64,000 nucleotides of DNA from Leidyana gryllorum EB-2025a (taxonomy: Eukaryota > Protista > Apicomplexa). Below are positions 1 through 12,053 of the stretch, piece after piece. The notes below the pieces were generated by a model that did no database searches, was not told the DNA's origin, and saw only the letters and a list, made by a program, of their open reading frames with translations. The stretch spans positions 124,001-188,000 of the forward strand of contig JBLWGC010000035.1 of assembly GCA_048772705.1 (NCBI GenBank), given 5' to 3'. Position 1 is the stretch's first letter; every line of letters starts with the position of its first letter. The position numbers were made by a program, and so were the translations under genes.

Positions 1-492
1 CCAGCTGTCAAAGTCAAGAGAACACCCGAAGATTTTGAGAAGATCTCAGGTCTTCAACGTGAACTCTTGAGAACGGCTGTTGATCTGGTCGATGCTGACT
101 CAAAAACTGGGGGCTATATCGTCTATTCTACCTGCTCTGTGGCCGTAGAAGAGAACGAATGTGTCATCGTAAGTTGCCAAACACTGCCCACACATATACC
201 ATTATCTCAGGACTATATTCTCAAAATGCGCAATGTCAAACTCGTTGAATCCGGTATCACCTGCAAGTTCAGAGAGGGACTCTCCACCTACCGAAATTAC
301 CGATTTGATCCCTCCATGAAGCTCTGCCGACGCTTCTATCCTCACGACCACGATGTCGATGGCTTTTTTGTAGCTAAGCTCAAGAAACTCTCCAATGACA
401 TCCCACAGGTAGCCAAAAGGGATCGTACACCCACCAATGTCCATGTTCGCGATGCTGGCGAGCCAAAGAAAAAGCTCACCAAAAAGAAGTAA
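1..492 (+). CDS. NOP2: NOP2/NSUN1 rRNA m5C methyltransferase, 3' part (gene begins before the window)
   Basis: Motifs GGYIVYSTCS-V-EENE and RFYPH-HD-DGFFVAKL. Intron 169-210 (gtaag...cag, 42 nt). Lys-rich tail, TAA at 490-492. Confidence 0.9.
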   Translation, partial: PAVKVKRTPEDFEKISGLQRELLRTAVDLVDADSKTGGYIVYSTCSVAVEENECVIVSCQTLPTHIPLSQDYILKMRNVKLVESGITCKFREGLSTYRNYRFDPSMKLCRRFYPHDHDVDGFFVAKLKKLSNDIPQVAKRDRTPTNVHVRDAGEPKKKLTKKK

Positions 493-1158
493 CTCACACA
501 TCAGCACTTGACTATTCGGTTCGGGGTAATACAGTCAGTAGACATCAAACGACACCAACCTTCAACAGCCCACTACCTCACTTAAAATTGCCACATGACA
601 CTCAGCGCTCGATCAAGATGGACCACCCGAGATCATCACCGCGACGTCCGTAGTAAAGGCACTCGATAATGATCATCCATCCTGAGAGCAGCACATGACA
701 TGCGCATCATGTCCCTTGTCGCTTGTATACCGATTCTCCTCAACCTCAGACCTCCTGCCCGTTGTGACCTCGCGAAAGCCACACAAAGAGGAGAAATCCT
801 CACGCTGAATTCGGGCATGTCACGTAGACCGCCCATCAACATAGCTGAGGGCCCTTACGAACACGGCTGCTTCAGCACTTCGATCGACCATATCATGCGC
901 TTTTGGAATTGCGCGTATCATCCTCGTAGAATGTTGCCTCCGCTTCGCTATTGCTCAGGCTGCGAAGCGTTCGTGTACACACACTTTCACCAGGGCATCA
1001 ATAACCGTCACTCGAGCATTTGAGGAGGCTCCGGTCGCAACGGATTAACCCATTTCGCCCTGCCCTCCCTCGAGGATCACATAGCACAATTGTAAATGAC
1101 ACTGCTGTTCTCGAAAAAATAGCTTCATATGCTCGCACACTAATCACACTCAGGTCAA

Positions 1159-2511
1159 TCAGATTGTACAAACTCCATCTTCTTCGGAAGACGAACTTAT
1201 AGTAACAGCCACAACTGGTCCAGATCCTCTTTGATAATTTCTCCATCTTCTTCTTGCCACTATCCAAGCTGCTATGCTCAAACCACTTAACATACTTGCT
1301 CCAACGGTATATAGAGTGAGATCAGGCTTCTCCTTAATCCTTCTGCCTCCGTCTTGGATCAGTGTCCAGGTCTTCCCCAGCAGTTGCTGGGCGGAGTTAA
1401 ACAGATCTTGGACAGGACGCGACGTCCTGGTCCCAACGTCCTCCACACTCTGTCCTTCGAATTTGCTTTGAAAAGATCCAAACTTGTCAGTCAGTAACTG
1501 AACAGCTTTATCAGAATTCTTGCGGGCCTCCATGGATATTAAACGTGGATCAGTTCCTGCCAAAGTGGGCCAAGAACCCCTTCCTTCATGCTCGACTTCG
1601 CCTACTCTTCTTGGAGAACTCTCGATACCGATTCTACCGCTTTTGAACAGATCCCCCACTCCTTTGAAATTCCACTTCAGCTCGACTCCCGCTTCTCGCA
1701 CTAGCGAACTCTGTGTAGCGGGAACAAGGCTGGCATCGTCCGAGTCGAAATTATTATCAGCAAGAGCACTGCCGAATTGAGGGTAGCGCGGGGTGACAGC
1801 CCGGCGATTTGAAGAGATGTCATCGGTGGGTGACACGCCTACAATCTCAATACCATCGTCTGGGATCGCATCGACTGGGGCAATCCACAGAGGTTCGTCA
1901 TTGTCGCCAGCAGGAGTCGGCCACGAGCGTCTTTTGCCCTGAGCTGAGGGTGGAGGTAAAGTGCTTGTGACTCGAACTTCCACCGGTATGCGACCTTTGG
2001 TGGACAGAGGGGTAAGAGGGTCTAGGACATCTTCCAAATCCCACGGTAACGAATCCGCATTCCCAACCTCTTGCTCCGCGGGCATACGCGGAGAAGCCGT
2101 CGGAGTTGCTTGCCAAGGCGTGTCCGCCGGCGCAGCGACATTCGTTTGTGGTCTTGTCGGTAAGTCCACAACCTCAAAGCGGCCGCGTGGTTCGGGGGCT
2201 CGCGTGCCTTGAACTTTGAATACTCCGGTTTTGGCAACATTATTCTGCGGTGGGTTCTGTTCATTTATTTCCTGCAGGGTGAGGGGGCCTGCTTGGGTGC
2301 CTGGCAATCCGCCAAAAGGTTCCCGGATTCTACTGAGGTATGCCCAGGAACGTCGTGGGGCCGGGGTAATCGCAATCCTAGCAGGCTCGCCGAACCATGG
2401 ATAAACTTGATCAGCAAATGGAACACCACGATCGCGTACTTCTTGTGAAAATCCTGGTATTTGAGGGTAAGCGTTAGCTGCCGCCGCCAGTATCACGGCG
2501 AATGCAATCAT
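1159..2511 (-). CDS. Secreted type I membrane protein, Pro/Thr-rich ectodomain, unknown function
   Basis: Intronless ORF. Signal peptide MIAFAVILAAAANA from ATG 2511. C-terminal TM LTLYTVGASMLSGLSIAAWIVA followed by the RRRWR stop-transfer sequence. Confidence 0.75.
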   Translation of the reverse strand: MIAFAVILAAAANAYPQIPGFSQEVRDRGVPFADQVYPWFGEPARIAITPAPRRSWAYLSRIREPFGGLPGTQAGPLTLQEINEQNPPQNNVAKTGVFKVQGTRAPEPRGRFEVVDLPTRPQTNVAAPADTPWQATPTASPRMPAEQEVGNADSLPWDLEDVLDPLTPLSTKGRIPVEVRVTSTLPPPSAQGKRRSWPTPAGDNDEPLWIAPVDAIPDDGIEIVGVSPTDDISSNRRAVTPRYPQFGSALADNNFDSDDASLVPATQSSLVREAGVELKWNFKGVGDLFKSGRIGIESSPRRVGEVEHEGRGSWPTLAGTDPRLISMEARKNSDKAVQLLTDKFGSFQSKFEGQSVEDVGTRTSRPVQDLFNSAQQLLGKTWTLIQDGGRRIKEKPDLTLYTVGASMLSGLSIAAWIVARRRWRNYQRGSGPVVAVTISSSSEEDGVCTI

Positions 2512-2525
2512 CCTTATTAAGAAAC

Positions 2526-2537
2526 ACACACGTGTGT
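2526..2537. promoter_or_regulatory. Palindrome ACACACGTGTGT, candidate cis-element
   Basis: Perfect 12-bp palindrome about 15 bp upstream of ATG 2511. The same motif recurs in non-coding DNA across the window. Confidence 0.5.
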
Positions 2538-2845
2538 TGCCGGTGTCTCCAGTGGTTGCCTGCCATTACTGCAATTGAGCGAAACAATGGTTCTTGGAAA
2601 GGCCATACATAGCATAAGTCCGTCGCACAAGTACTCAATATCACACAAAAGCTTCACGTAATCACTGTAGACATAATCAGCAAGTGCGTCTGCCGTCCGG
2701 TTAACATAGTTCAGAAAATGAGGTGCCAGAAGCGAACTCAGACACTGACGTAAAACTTTGGGCGGGAGTGAGGGGTTGGGGTGGCAAAACCTCAACGGCA
2801 ACCCTACAAGATCATAAAGAAAGATCCATCCGAATGCCGAAAGAC

Positions 2846-3556
2846 TTACCTCTTCCTGCTTGCCCACACCATCACCCCCATCAGCGAAGCGGCCGCGGCG
2901 CCCAGAGCATACATGGCAAGCTTTTCAGTTTCGTCGAATACTTGCTGTGCGCTCTCCGAGAACTCGCGGCCCCCAACCAGCACAAAGTCCAACACTTCGC
3001 TCATCCGCGTCAGTAGACGTGCTCCAGGTGAATCCGCCTGAATGCTACTTAGATGATCAGCGGTGGTGTCGGCTTGTGTGGCTCGTGGCGGCGCTTTTCT
3101 CCCACTCGCTCGTTTGGACTTGTCCTCTTTGGAAGCTTTAGACTTCTCTTTGATGGGCATGCCGTTGTCTGCCTCGGCTGTTGAGCTGTCATGGGGCTCT
3201 CGGAGACCCTGTCCATCTGTTGCCTCTCCTGAAAGGGATGCATCCGACCCAACAGAATCGAAAGCACCCTCGACTTCACCCACGGCTGTACTCGTCATTT
3301 CTTGTGCGGCCTCTTCATGTAATCGCAATCTTTCTGTAAGATCCATGCCATCGTTCAAAACTGTGACAATGAGCTTCTCGAGCTCGTGCGCGATGGGCTC
3401 CAACACTTCGGGTTCATATATTCCTGAGTCACGTACGCGATGTAATAAATCATCTCCAAGGATCGTTGAAAGGGCCAAAGTACCAGGTTTTGGCTCAGCC
3501 TTCGCGGCAATAATAAATGCAGCAGCCAATACGACGTTGATAGGCCTCATCGCCAT
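2846..3556 (-). CDS. Secreted type I membrane protein, probable paralog of 1159-2511
   Basis: Signal peptide (MRPINVVLAAAFIIAAKA). C-terminal TM LAMYALGAAAASLMGVMVWA plus SRKR. Intronless. Confidence 0.75.
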   Translation of the reverse strand: MAMRPINVVLAAAFIIAAKAEPKPGTLALSTILGDDLLHRVRDSGIYEPEVLEPIAHELEKLIVTVLNDGMDLTERLRLHEEAAQEMTSTAVGEVEGAFDSVGSDASLSGEATDGQGLREPHDSSTAEADNGMPIKEKSKASKEDKSKRASGRKAPPRATQADTTADHLSSIQADSPGARLLTRMSEVLDFVLVGGREFSESAQQVFDETEKLAMYALGAAAASLMGVMVWASRKR

Positions 3557-3578
3557 TGATCACGTATCGTAGTTCGAG

Positions 3579-3592
3579 CACACACGTGTGTG
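3579..3592. promoter_or_regulatory. Palindrome CACACACGTGTGTG, candidate cis-element
   Basis: Perfect 14-bp palindrome about 23 bp upstream of ATG 3556. Confidence 0.5.
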
Positions 3593-3751
3593 GTGAGACT
3601 TATGAGCACTGCCGCATAGTCACTGCTGCTTAAGTGCGGGCTACGGGGAAGCATTGGCCAAATACAAGGTTGAGATGGTGCCATGTGACGCATCTGGATT
3701 AAAGGAAAGTTGCCTCAACAGCAAGATGGAGAGCGATGAACTTCAGAAAAA

Positions 3752-4280
3752 ATGCGTCTCACATTCTGCTTGCTGTTGTGTGGGTTGGTGAGGGCTGCTG
3801 TGCATCAGTCTTTGGTTCTGTTGAAGCCAGATGTGACGTCGAGAAACTTGACGGAGGATGTTATTAGCAGGATCACTAGCGCTGGATATGCAGTACTTGA
3901 TCGCCGGGGACTGAAGCCGCCTCGAGACCTGGTTCGCAAGGTATGTCGCAAGTGATGGCTATTTGGACTCTACGATGTGGTTGGAACAGCACTATGAGGA
4001 ACATTTGGAGCGCGCTTTTTACCCTGGGTTGGAGGCTTTTATGCTATCGGGAGAAGTAGTGGCTCTGAAGGTGGCGAACGCTACAGATGAGTGTGATGCG
4101 GACGTATATGGATCGTTTCGACGATTTATGGGTGCAACAGATAGTCGAAAAGCTGCGGAGGGGACTCTTCGGCGGGAGTTTGGTACTGATAACCAGCAGA
4201 ATGCTATACACGCTTCAGAGGACGAGGTAGCAGCAAAGCGAGAATTAGCACTTTGGTTCCCTGGGCATGATGAGCTATAA
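3752..4280 (+). CDS. NDK: Nucleoside diphosphate kinase with signal peptide and C-terminal HDEL
   Basis: SLVLLKPD, HYEEH..R.FY..L..FM.SG, GTLRREFG and NAIHAS (catalytic His). Intron 3941-3989. Ends FPGHDEL*. Confidence 0.9.
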
Positions 4281-4299
4281 GATATAACATTATCAAAAT

Positions 4300-7200
4300 A
4301 TGTGGTTGCGAAGAGTGCGACTTCAAGGTTTCAAAGCATACAAGGACGAGACAGTAGTAGAATTCCACCCTGGAAGCAATGCCATTGGTGAGTCTATCTA
4401 TGTCTTATGCTTTGAGTTTACGACGTACCAAGTCGGTTTGAATGGGTCGGGCAAATCAAGTCTGTTGGAGGCTATCACTTTGGTCGTGAGCGAAGTATAT
4501 GGCAGACGTGTGATCGATCCCAAGTCTATATTTCACGTACGTTGATATTGGAGACAGCGTGATAGCTCATATGCAGCATGGAGTTCGCAATCGATCGCTA
4601 TCTGCCTTTGTTGAACTAGCATTCGACAACACTGATAGAAAGTTGGGCGCTGTAAGGAGGGACCCGCTATCCTTTCAATCAAAGTATTGCAGTACCCAAT
4701 GGATGAGGTTTGCGTCTGTCGAACTTTCCTGTCCCATAAGGATGCAGCGAAGAAGGACCAATTCACAGTTGCGGGGAAGAAGGTGACGAAAGGCGACTTT
4801 GCGGCTGTTTTGGAGGCTGGCGGCTTTTCTCGGGCCAATCCGTACTACGTGATCCGGCAAGGCAAGATCATGGAGATGGCCACAATGAGTGACGAGGGCC
4901 GTCTGAAGCTGTTGAAAGACTTTTCGGGAGTACAGTAAGCGTGACATAAACAGCTTTGCACTCCGACTGTCACAGAATCTATGAAGAAAAGCGCCTTCAA
5001 GCACTGGAAACTTTAGAAGCTGCCAAGCAGAAGGCGCGCGATACTGATGTCGTGGTCGAGAACCTAATGACACGGTTGAAGGGTCTTGAGGAACAGCAGA
5101 AGGAACTGCGAGAATATGAGGAGTTGGTCCGTAACGCAGACGTCTACCGTACCGTTGTCGCTGGTGAGCCGTCCACGTTGCCGTAGCCCCACATACAGTC
5201 TCAATGCACAGAGGTTCAGTTGGAAGCAGTGCTGACAGAGCTCGAAGACGTTCAGGCCAAATTGCGATTGCTCGAATCTCAACAAGCCGAAATCCAAAAG
5301 GACATTGCCGATCAGTCGGAGAGTATCAATTCCACCCAATTGAAACTCGATGCCACTCGAGAAGACTTAGACATCGCGCAAAGACGCGAAGAGGAATGCA
5401 AGACGAATGCGCAACGTGCAGTCGTTGACCGGGCTGAACTCGAGGCAGCCCTGGAGAGCAGCACCGCTAACTTGCAGCTTGAGGGTCAGACGAGAGACCG
5501 GATTGAAGAAAGTCTGCGTGTTGCACAGAACTGCGCCACTGAGAAGGAGAAAGCTCTGCAGGAGGAGATCGAACCGACCATTGCTGATCTCAAACCTAAG
5601 ATAGACACGTTGCGCGACGAACTGAAGCAGCTTCAGGACCGCCATCTTGCGGTAAGTCTGATACTTCCCGACTGGAAATGAACATTGACCCGCAGCTCAG
5701 CGAGAAGCGACAGCGGTGCTCCGAGTACACCTCTGTGGCAGCACGAAATAAGCACTTGTCCGGCCAGATTAAGAAGATTGAGGAGGACGTCAAGAAACTT
5801 CGGAAGGAACAATCTCGATGTGAAGAGGAGATCAAAAAGGCACAGCTCGAACTTCAGCAACTCTCACGTCCGGGAAAAGACGTTGAAGCGATCGCAAATG
5901 AGTTGCAGGAGAAAGAGAATGACCTTCGGACCCGATGTCGCGAGCTGTCGTCACGAGCGGAAGCACTTAAGCTCGATGAACTTCAAATTGCCGAACAAAT
6001 TGAGGCTTGTCGGGTACAGTGCAGCCGAACAAAGAGCAATGAAGCGCTGAGTGAGTGAAGTTTGGTGTTATAATGTGTGTGTGTTAATGGCGAGCTATCA
6101 TCGCGTTACTTGAAGTGAGTCTGCGTTAATGGCGACTTTTTCCAGATAATCTCGCCCACACCTGTCGTCATGCGACTTGGCAGGGTAACACAGGTAAGAG
6201 CTCAGCACCTAAAGCGATCATCAACGGTTGCGTGGCCCTCAAAGTACCGTCCAATCAATCCTTCCTTCTGTTTGCAGCCGCGTTGAAGAAGGGACTGAAG
6301 CTCCGTCCGGACACTCACGACGCGGAGGTATACCAGAAACTGGCCGGCAATGTGGAACATTGGCATTCGAATCCGGTCTCGGTGACTGAATACGACACAC
6401 CGTCAACAGTTCACGGATTACCTCCCGTTCTGGGGCCCATATACGCAGTCCTGAGAGTGGAGCCACGGTATCGGAAGGCGGTGTCCCAGGCTTTGGGTGT
6501 CCAGATCGAGAACTTGGTGGTGTGGAGCGATGATGTGGCTTCAGAGCTGTACGAAGAGATCAAAAGACATCAGGCCAGCGCGACTATCACTCCCCTCAAT
6601 CAGGTTGCGACTCGGATGAAATCTTTGTCTTCACCACCGTGGCCACAAGCAGCTCGGGTAGCTGAGGATCCTGCGGCAACGTTTGAAGGGTATGATGCAG
6701 TGCCTTTGTCGACAGTCATCCAGTACCCGTCTTTCCTGGAACCGGTGGTTCGTTCTTTGACTGCTCGATGGCTGCTGGTGCGTGATCTGGATGTTGGCCA
6801 CCGAGTCAGTCGTTCATCCGAATACGACTGCGTAACCTTGGACGGCGACAAAGTCTCGAGCCGCGGAGCTCTCCAGGGTGGGCATTTGACAGAACGTGAC
6901 GCATTCAGTATGTTCGATACGTTCCGTCAAGTCGCCGCCGCAGCTGGCGGGCAGAGTGAGCGCCTGGCCCAGTTGGAGAAGGAATTGAATACTGTGAGAC
7001 AGAAGCGCGGTGATGAGTTGGGTGAGCAACGCCAGACAATGGCGGACTTGGATCGCTTGGCTAACGAGCGGGCAATGCTCGTCAGACAACGCGCGAGTCA
7101 GGGACGGATGCGAGAAAGCACCGAGATGCGGGTGAAGAATCTCGAGGCCGAGAAGAAAGATCTTCAGGAGCGTACTGACGGGGCGCTGGAACGAATTGGT

Positions 7201-8896
7201 GATCTGCGTCGCTTATTGCTGTCGAATGAGATGGAACAATTGGACAAAGCGGAAGGCAAAGAGTTGACAGAGCTTCCGGGGAAACTGGAGAAGATTGAGA
7301 AACGGCTCAAGACGGCCACACGAGCATTGCAGGAAGCGGAGAATTCAAAAGTCTTGATGACCAAAGAGATAGAGAAGTTGAGGCAGGAGGTCATTGACTC
7401 CACGGCTCAGTTGGGAGCACTCCAAGTTGTCAGCGACACTTCAGAGGTTCGGGAACTGCGAGACCGCGTCGAGAAAGCTCGCGCGAGAACGACAGCACTC
7501 GAGGAAGAACTCACCAAGGCGACCGGTGATGTCAAAGAGGCCGAAGCGCGCAAGGCTGCTGCACTGGCCGAGTTTGAGAGGGAACAGGAAATAATGAGAG
7601 ATATCGAGCAACGAATGAGTAAAACTCAACTCGACATTGAAGCCGCGGAACGGCGACGCACTGAAATCGAGTCGACCAGAGATCACCATCAACGAGAACG
7701 AACAAGTGTTTTTGTGTCTGCGGGTCAGACTGACGCTGAAATCGCGGAACTGAAGAAACTGTCTCTAACAACATTGAAGAAACGATTGGCGGAAGCTGAA
7801 TCGGTGAGCTCACGGATCAATCATTATTGACTTGACACACATCACAATAACAGAGATTGGCCAATGGGCCCAAAGTGAATATGAAGGCTTTGACAGACCT
7901 GGTGACATTCCAAGAGCAGTTGAAGAGTGCTCAACAGAAACGGTCGGAATTGACGGAGGGTTTGGAGTCTATCGGCCGTCTGATGGGAGCTCTGGACGAG
8001 AGGCGGAGTCGGACTTTACGCCACTCATTTGACCAAGTGAACATGAACCTCCAATCAGTGTTCGCCGCCATAGTGCCGGGTGGACGGGCCAAACTGGTCA
8101 TCAAGAAGCTCAGTCAGGAGAAAATCGAAGCTCTGCGAGAAGCTCGAATAGCTGCAATGGAGGCCGCTTCACAAATGACAGATCCAGGGTCAGTTGGCTC
8201 GACCAGTCAGCTGAGCGCCAGTCAGGCGTGGCGCCTGGACATTTACAATCCTGGTGGCCATAAGAGGGACGGCAGTGGCCAAGCAGCGGCAGCCGCAAAT
8301 GATGTGTTGCACTGGGATGAGATCGCGTGTGGCATCGAAGTCAGAGCTTCATTCCGACTGGTCGGAAATGAGGGAGCCGTGGAGTACTTCCCACTGATCG
8401 CTCTGTCGGGAGGACAGAAAACTATTCTGGCATTGTCACTGATCTTCGCTATGCAGAGGTGCGACAAAGCGCCCTTCTACGTACTGGACGAGGCGGATGC
8501 GGCCTTGGACGAAGCGTATCGCTCGGCGGTTGGAAAGCTGTGAGTGAATTGTGTGTGTGTGAATGTGCCGCCATCCATGTCTCCCTCGTTATTAGGATTC
8601 AGCAAAGCAGCCGGCACAGCCAGTTTTTGATAACGACGTTCCGGCGAGAACTGTGTGAGATTTGTGACCGCCACTTCCACGTGACTAACGTTGATCGAGT
8701 GGCGACGGTGACGGAATGCAACAAGGATGAAGCTATAAAGGTTATATTGGTAAGATAATATGGACTTCGGGCTTCACTTGCACTCTCGTCCGATCTACAG
8801 GAAGACGCCGCGAGTACCGGAGACCAACATCAACCCTCCTCTGTTGGTGGCAGAAGCGTTGAAGTCTCTTCCCAACTCATGCTGGCAGCTGGTTGA
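4300..8896 (+). CDS. SMC3: Cohesin subunit SMC3 (multi-exon)
   Basis: N-terminal LQGFKAYKD, Walker A VGLNGSGKS, GFSRANPYYVIRQGKI, hinge CVTLDGD...GALQGG, signature LSGGQK, Walker B/D-loop FYVLDEADAALD. Many short GT-AG introns. Inferred last exon ends TGA 8894-8896. Confidence 0.92.
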
Positions 8897-8921
8897 GCGA
8901 AATCGTTCCATACCTCGTTGG

Positions 8922-9493
8922 TCACTGAGCTGCAATCTTTTGCTGCAAGTGAGCTCCAACGAGTTCCACTATCTTGCGTTTCTCAGCCAGCCCCTTGGAG
9001 CACTCCTCCACTTTGGCGTCAATAGAGTCTATCCGTCTGAATGAAGAGACAATGGACTTGGTGTGCAACAGATATAGAACCTTACTTGCTCAAATAGACC
9101 AATTGCTTGTCAAAGGAGCGTTGCAAAGAGTATCCGGCCCCAATGTCAACAATAAAGCGGTCTTTATTGATAAGCTTTCCCGGCTGATAGACGGATTGGG
9201 TCATTGGAATGAGAATCTGAAACAACATCAACTTCCACTCGCCATCCCCCGAAAGGCCACTCACCTCTCCGTCCCCCGGAGCCTCGTGTAGCTTCACCAT
9301 AGTGTTCCGAGCATTCTCAAAACGAGCCTTAGCCGATGTCAAAGCTTCGTATTGGGCTTGCGCAAACTTGAGCTCCTGGCCGCATATGTGTCTTCTCGAT
9401 TGACATACCGTTTCCTACCTGATCGACAGTCTGCTTGAGTTCAGCAAGTTGCTGAACGTTTAGGTCAGCCAAATCCACACTCTTGGGGGCCAT
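8922..9493 (-). CDS. PFDN5: Prefoldin subunit 5 (alpha type)
   Basis: MAPKSVDLADLNVQQLAELKQTVDQ, then ILIPMTQSVYQPGKL...FIVDIGAGY. Spliced last exon ends LQQKIAAQ* (TGA 8924-8922). Confidence 0.88.
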
Positions 9494-9535
9494 TCCGCCA
9501 CTCACTTCACCTCCTACTAGCGGAAAAAATTAAGA

Positions 9536-10507
9536 ATGTCACCTCCTTGGCTTGACAACCCATCAGCCTTCTACCTCACCAATGACAAGTACAAGCTCGC
9601 TTGCAGCGCATATATCAAGGAGGCAAACGTGAGCCAAGTCACTCCAGTCGTGCTATTCTAACACGTGAAACACATTCCAACAGTCCAAAGCTTGGGCGGT
9701 TGTAGTACACGGACTATTCAGCCATCGCAAAGCCCGCGTATTCGAAACCATCTGTAAACACAGCCCTATTAACATGCTTTCCTACGATATGATGGGGTGC
9801 GGTGCCAGCGGTGGCAATCCTGCAGTGAGCTACACCGGCTGCTTGTAGAGTCAGTTTTGAATCCCGTAGGACTGGTCATTGGGCGACTACGACTGTGATG
9901 TTGATGAACTTCGATTTGTCGTTGAACAGCTACGTGCCGAGGGTCAGGAGGTGCGCTTACTGATTGGCCACTCCCGAGGAGCCAATGTTGTACTGATGTA
10001 TCTATATCGTTTCGACGACGTTCCTTTCGTTGTATCACTTGCCGCTCGATACAACAGCTCTACTGGGTTGGAAGGGTATTTTGCTCCCGGGGACCGAGCC
10101 AAGCTGGAAAATGGGGAAGTGGAGTCCGTCACATGCCAGAAGAAGGCACCTGATGGCATTGAACGGAAGGTGAGCACACGTGTGTGCATCTATTACATAG
10201 GGGAACTCAGATCACAAAGCTGGATTTGGATAAGCGATTGGCGATTGATATGTGTCGTATAAAGGAGGCCAAGCAAGCACGCTTTGTTTGGCTCATTCAC
10301 GGCACAGCCGATGAAGTAATTCCATATGAACAGGTCTATGACTTCGGCAAGGCGCTTGAGGACGGAAAAACAAATCACAAAGTGCTTCTGCTACCTGACG
10401 CATCGCACATGATGCGAAGTCCTCATGGGAAAAAGGGATTCGAGCCCCTATATGAGCTGCTTGATGCCGAAGTATACCCCATGGTAGTTGGCAATTGTGA
10501 TTTGTGA
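9536..10507 (+). CDS. Alpha/beta-fold serine hydrolase
   Basis: VVHGLFS oxyanion motif, GHSRG nucleophile elbow, HGTADEVIP and DASH catalytic residues. Three short introns. Confidence 0.88.
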
Positions 10508-10574
10508 GAGATCGTGAGTAAATGAAGCTTTGTGCCAGTCATTTGAGGCAGTGGTCAGTTAGTGAAGAGTTCCG

Positions 10575-11025
10575 TCAGTTACCCAAGCCGACCGGTCTAC
10601 CGGCAGTTCCGATGAGTCCGAGACTTTGAGTCTGGCCGTCATCTTCACTCTGACTTGTCGCACACACCTGTCGTAGTACCGACCACTTTTTGTGGGTCGG
10701 TGTGAAGGAGAGAGAGAGAAAGAGAGAGTGAGCGAGCGTTAAGGCGAGACGTTGATATGTCGTCTTTAGTTTAGTCAGTATTGTTAGTATTGGGAGTGCA
10801 ATTGACCGCGGTGATGACATCGTCGAGGCTTTCCAATATTTCGAAAGCATTCTGACGTCTCAATTGAGGGAGGGTATTCGCCTCTCCTTCTTGTGCGAAT
10901 GGTGCAGTCGGATCCGCTTCTTCACGTTGTCTGACTCCCATTCCGTAGAGACATGCAGCTCGGCACGATGTCGGGTGCGGGCACAATTGGTCCCAGCATG
11001 CAGTTGGGCTAACAGTGTAGAGCAT
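10575..11025 (-). CDS. Small hypothetical protein, exon structure uncertain
   Basis: ATG-initiated ORF at 11025, 41 bp from the divergent ATG at 11067. No recognisable motif. Confidence 0.35.
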
Positions 11026-11066
11026 CGTCAGTAAGCACCTTCAATGGTGCAGTAGGGATCCTAAAA

Positions 11067-12053
11067 ATGTTGATTTATAGGAATGGTGAATCAGTGATAA
11101 TTTGTGAACTGGGGGCAGCAACAGGACGGACAGCGTCTACACTGGACTATGACCCACAACTCGACCTACGAGGTCCCCCTGTTTTACGTCAGCTAGTTGA
11201 TGGAGTGACTTTTTATCACATAGGATCATCGGCTCCGCCAGATCCGTCTGATCTCAGAGCTCTCTTGGGCTCTGGGTGGCGAGCAGAGGCGGTTGTGCCC
11301 GGTACTCCGACCACGCAAGCGCCTGCGAGCCGAGAGACATTCCTGTCTGACCAGCACCGAACCTTCGAGGACTTTGCAGTGACTGCATCCCGTCCGCCAC
11401 CAACGACGACGACGACGGGTTCCCGAATCCCAGCAGCGGCTCTTCCGAGCCGCACATTGTCGGGTTTGCCATCTTTTGCTCCGACATCGAATTCCCCGCG
11501 GCTTCGGTTGCCTCCACGGTCTATAGCGACGACTGGTCGTCATTCAGTGTCTATGGCGACATTAGGTCGAGAGCATATTGTGACTTTGGTGGACGTATCT
11601 AACAGTGACCGATCGGTTCCTCTGCTGCCGGAGACTGGAATTGAGGCTGGCGAGTATCACAGCATGATTTATACGGGTGATTGGTTCCTTTGCAGTGCAG
11701 TTATAGATGTGAGCGGTCAATATCGGGTTCAGCTGACTCAGTTGGAGGGATTGGAGGGGGCTTTGTGGCGACTGAGGCACTATGAAGGACACTTCACAGC
11801 CACCTTCTGGCCGGCTGGAGACGGCAGTGCGGGAATTGACATCTTGGCGAAGCCCTTCTCGTTCTTTGTCTTCTCCAACAAAGGGGGGAAGGTGTCTTCT
11901 AAGGCCATACACTCCCGGGCTATGCACCACACACGTCGTGCCCTCGAGCACTGTCGATCTGCAGTCAAAGGGGCGGCGAGCAAAGTTGCCAAAGCCGTCA
12001 GAGAAGACGCTGCTGTTTCGGACAAACAAATGCAGGGACTCGTCTCCGTTTAG
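11067..12053 (+). CDS. Hypothetical protein (328 aa)
   Basis: Long ATG ORF with a low-complexity middle and a beta-rich C-terminal half. Ends TAG 12051-12053. Confidence 0.65.
   Translation: MLIYRNGESVIICELGAATGRTASTLDYDPQLDLRGPPVLRQLVDGVTFYHIGSSAPPDPSDLRALLGSGWRAEAVVPGTPTTQAPASRETFLSDQHRTFEDFAVTASRPPPTTTTTGSRIPAAALPSRTLSGLPSFAPTSNSPRLRLPPRSIATTGRHSVSMATLGREHIVTLVDVSNSDRSVPLLPETGIEAGEYHSMIYTGDWFLCSAVIDVSGQYRVQLTQLEGLEGALWRLRHYEGHFTATFWPAGDGSAGIDILAKPFSFFVFSNKGGKVSSKAIHSRAMHHTRRALEHCRSAVKGAASKVAKAVREDAAVSDKQMQGLVSV

Noticed and set aside
493-1158. Possible small spliced gene or ncRNA in an unusually long gap
   Set aside because: No consistent exon model or motif could be built by eye, so it is left unannotated.
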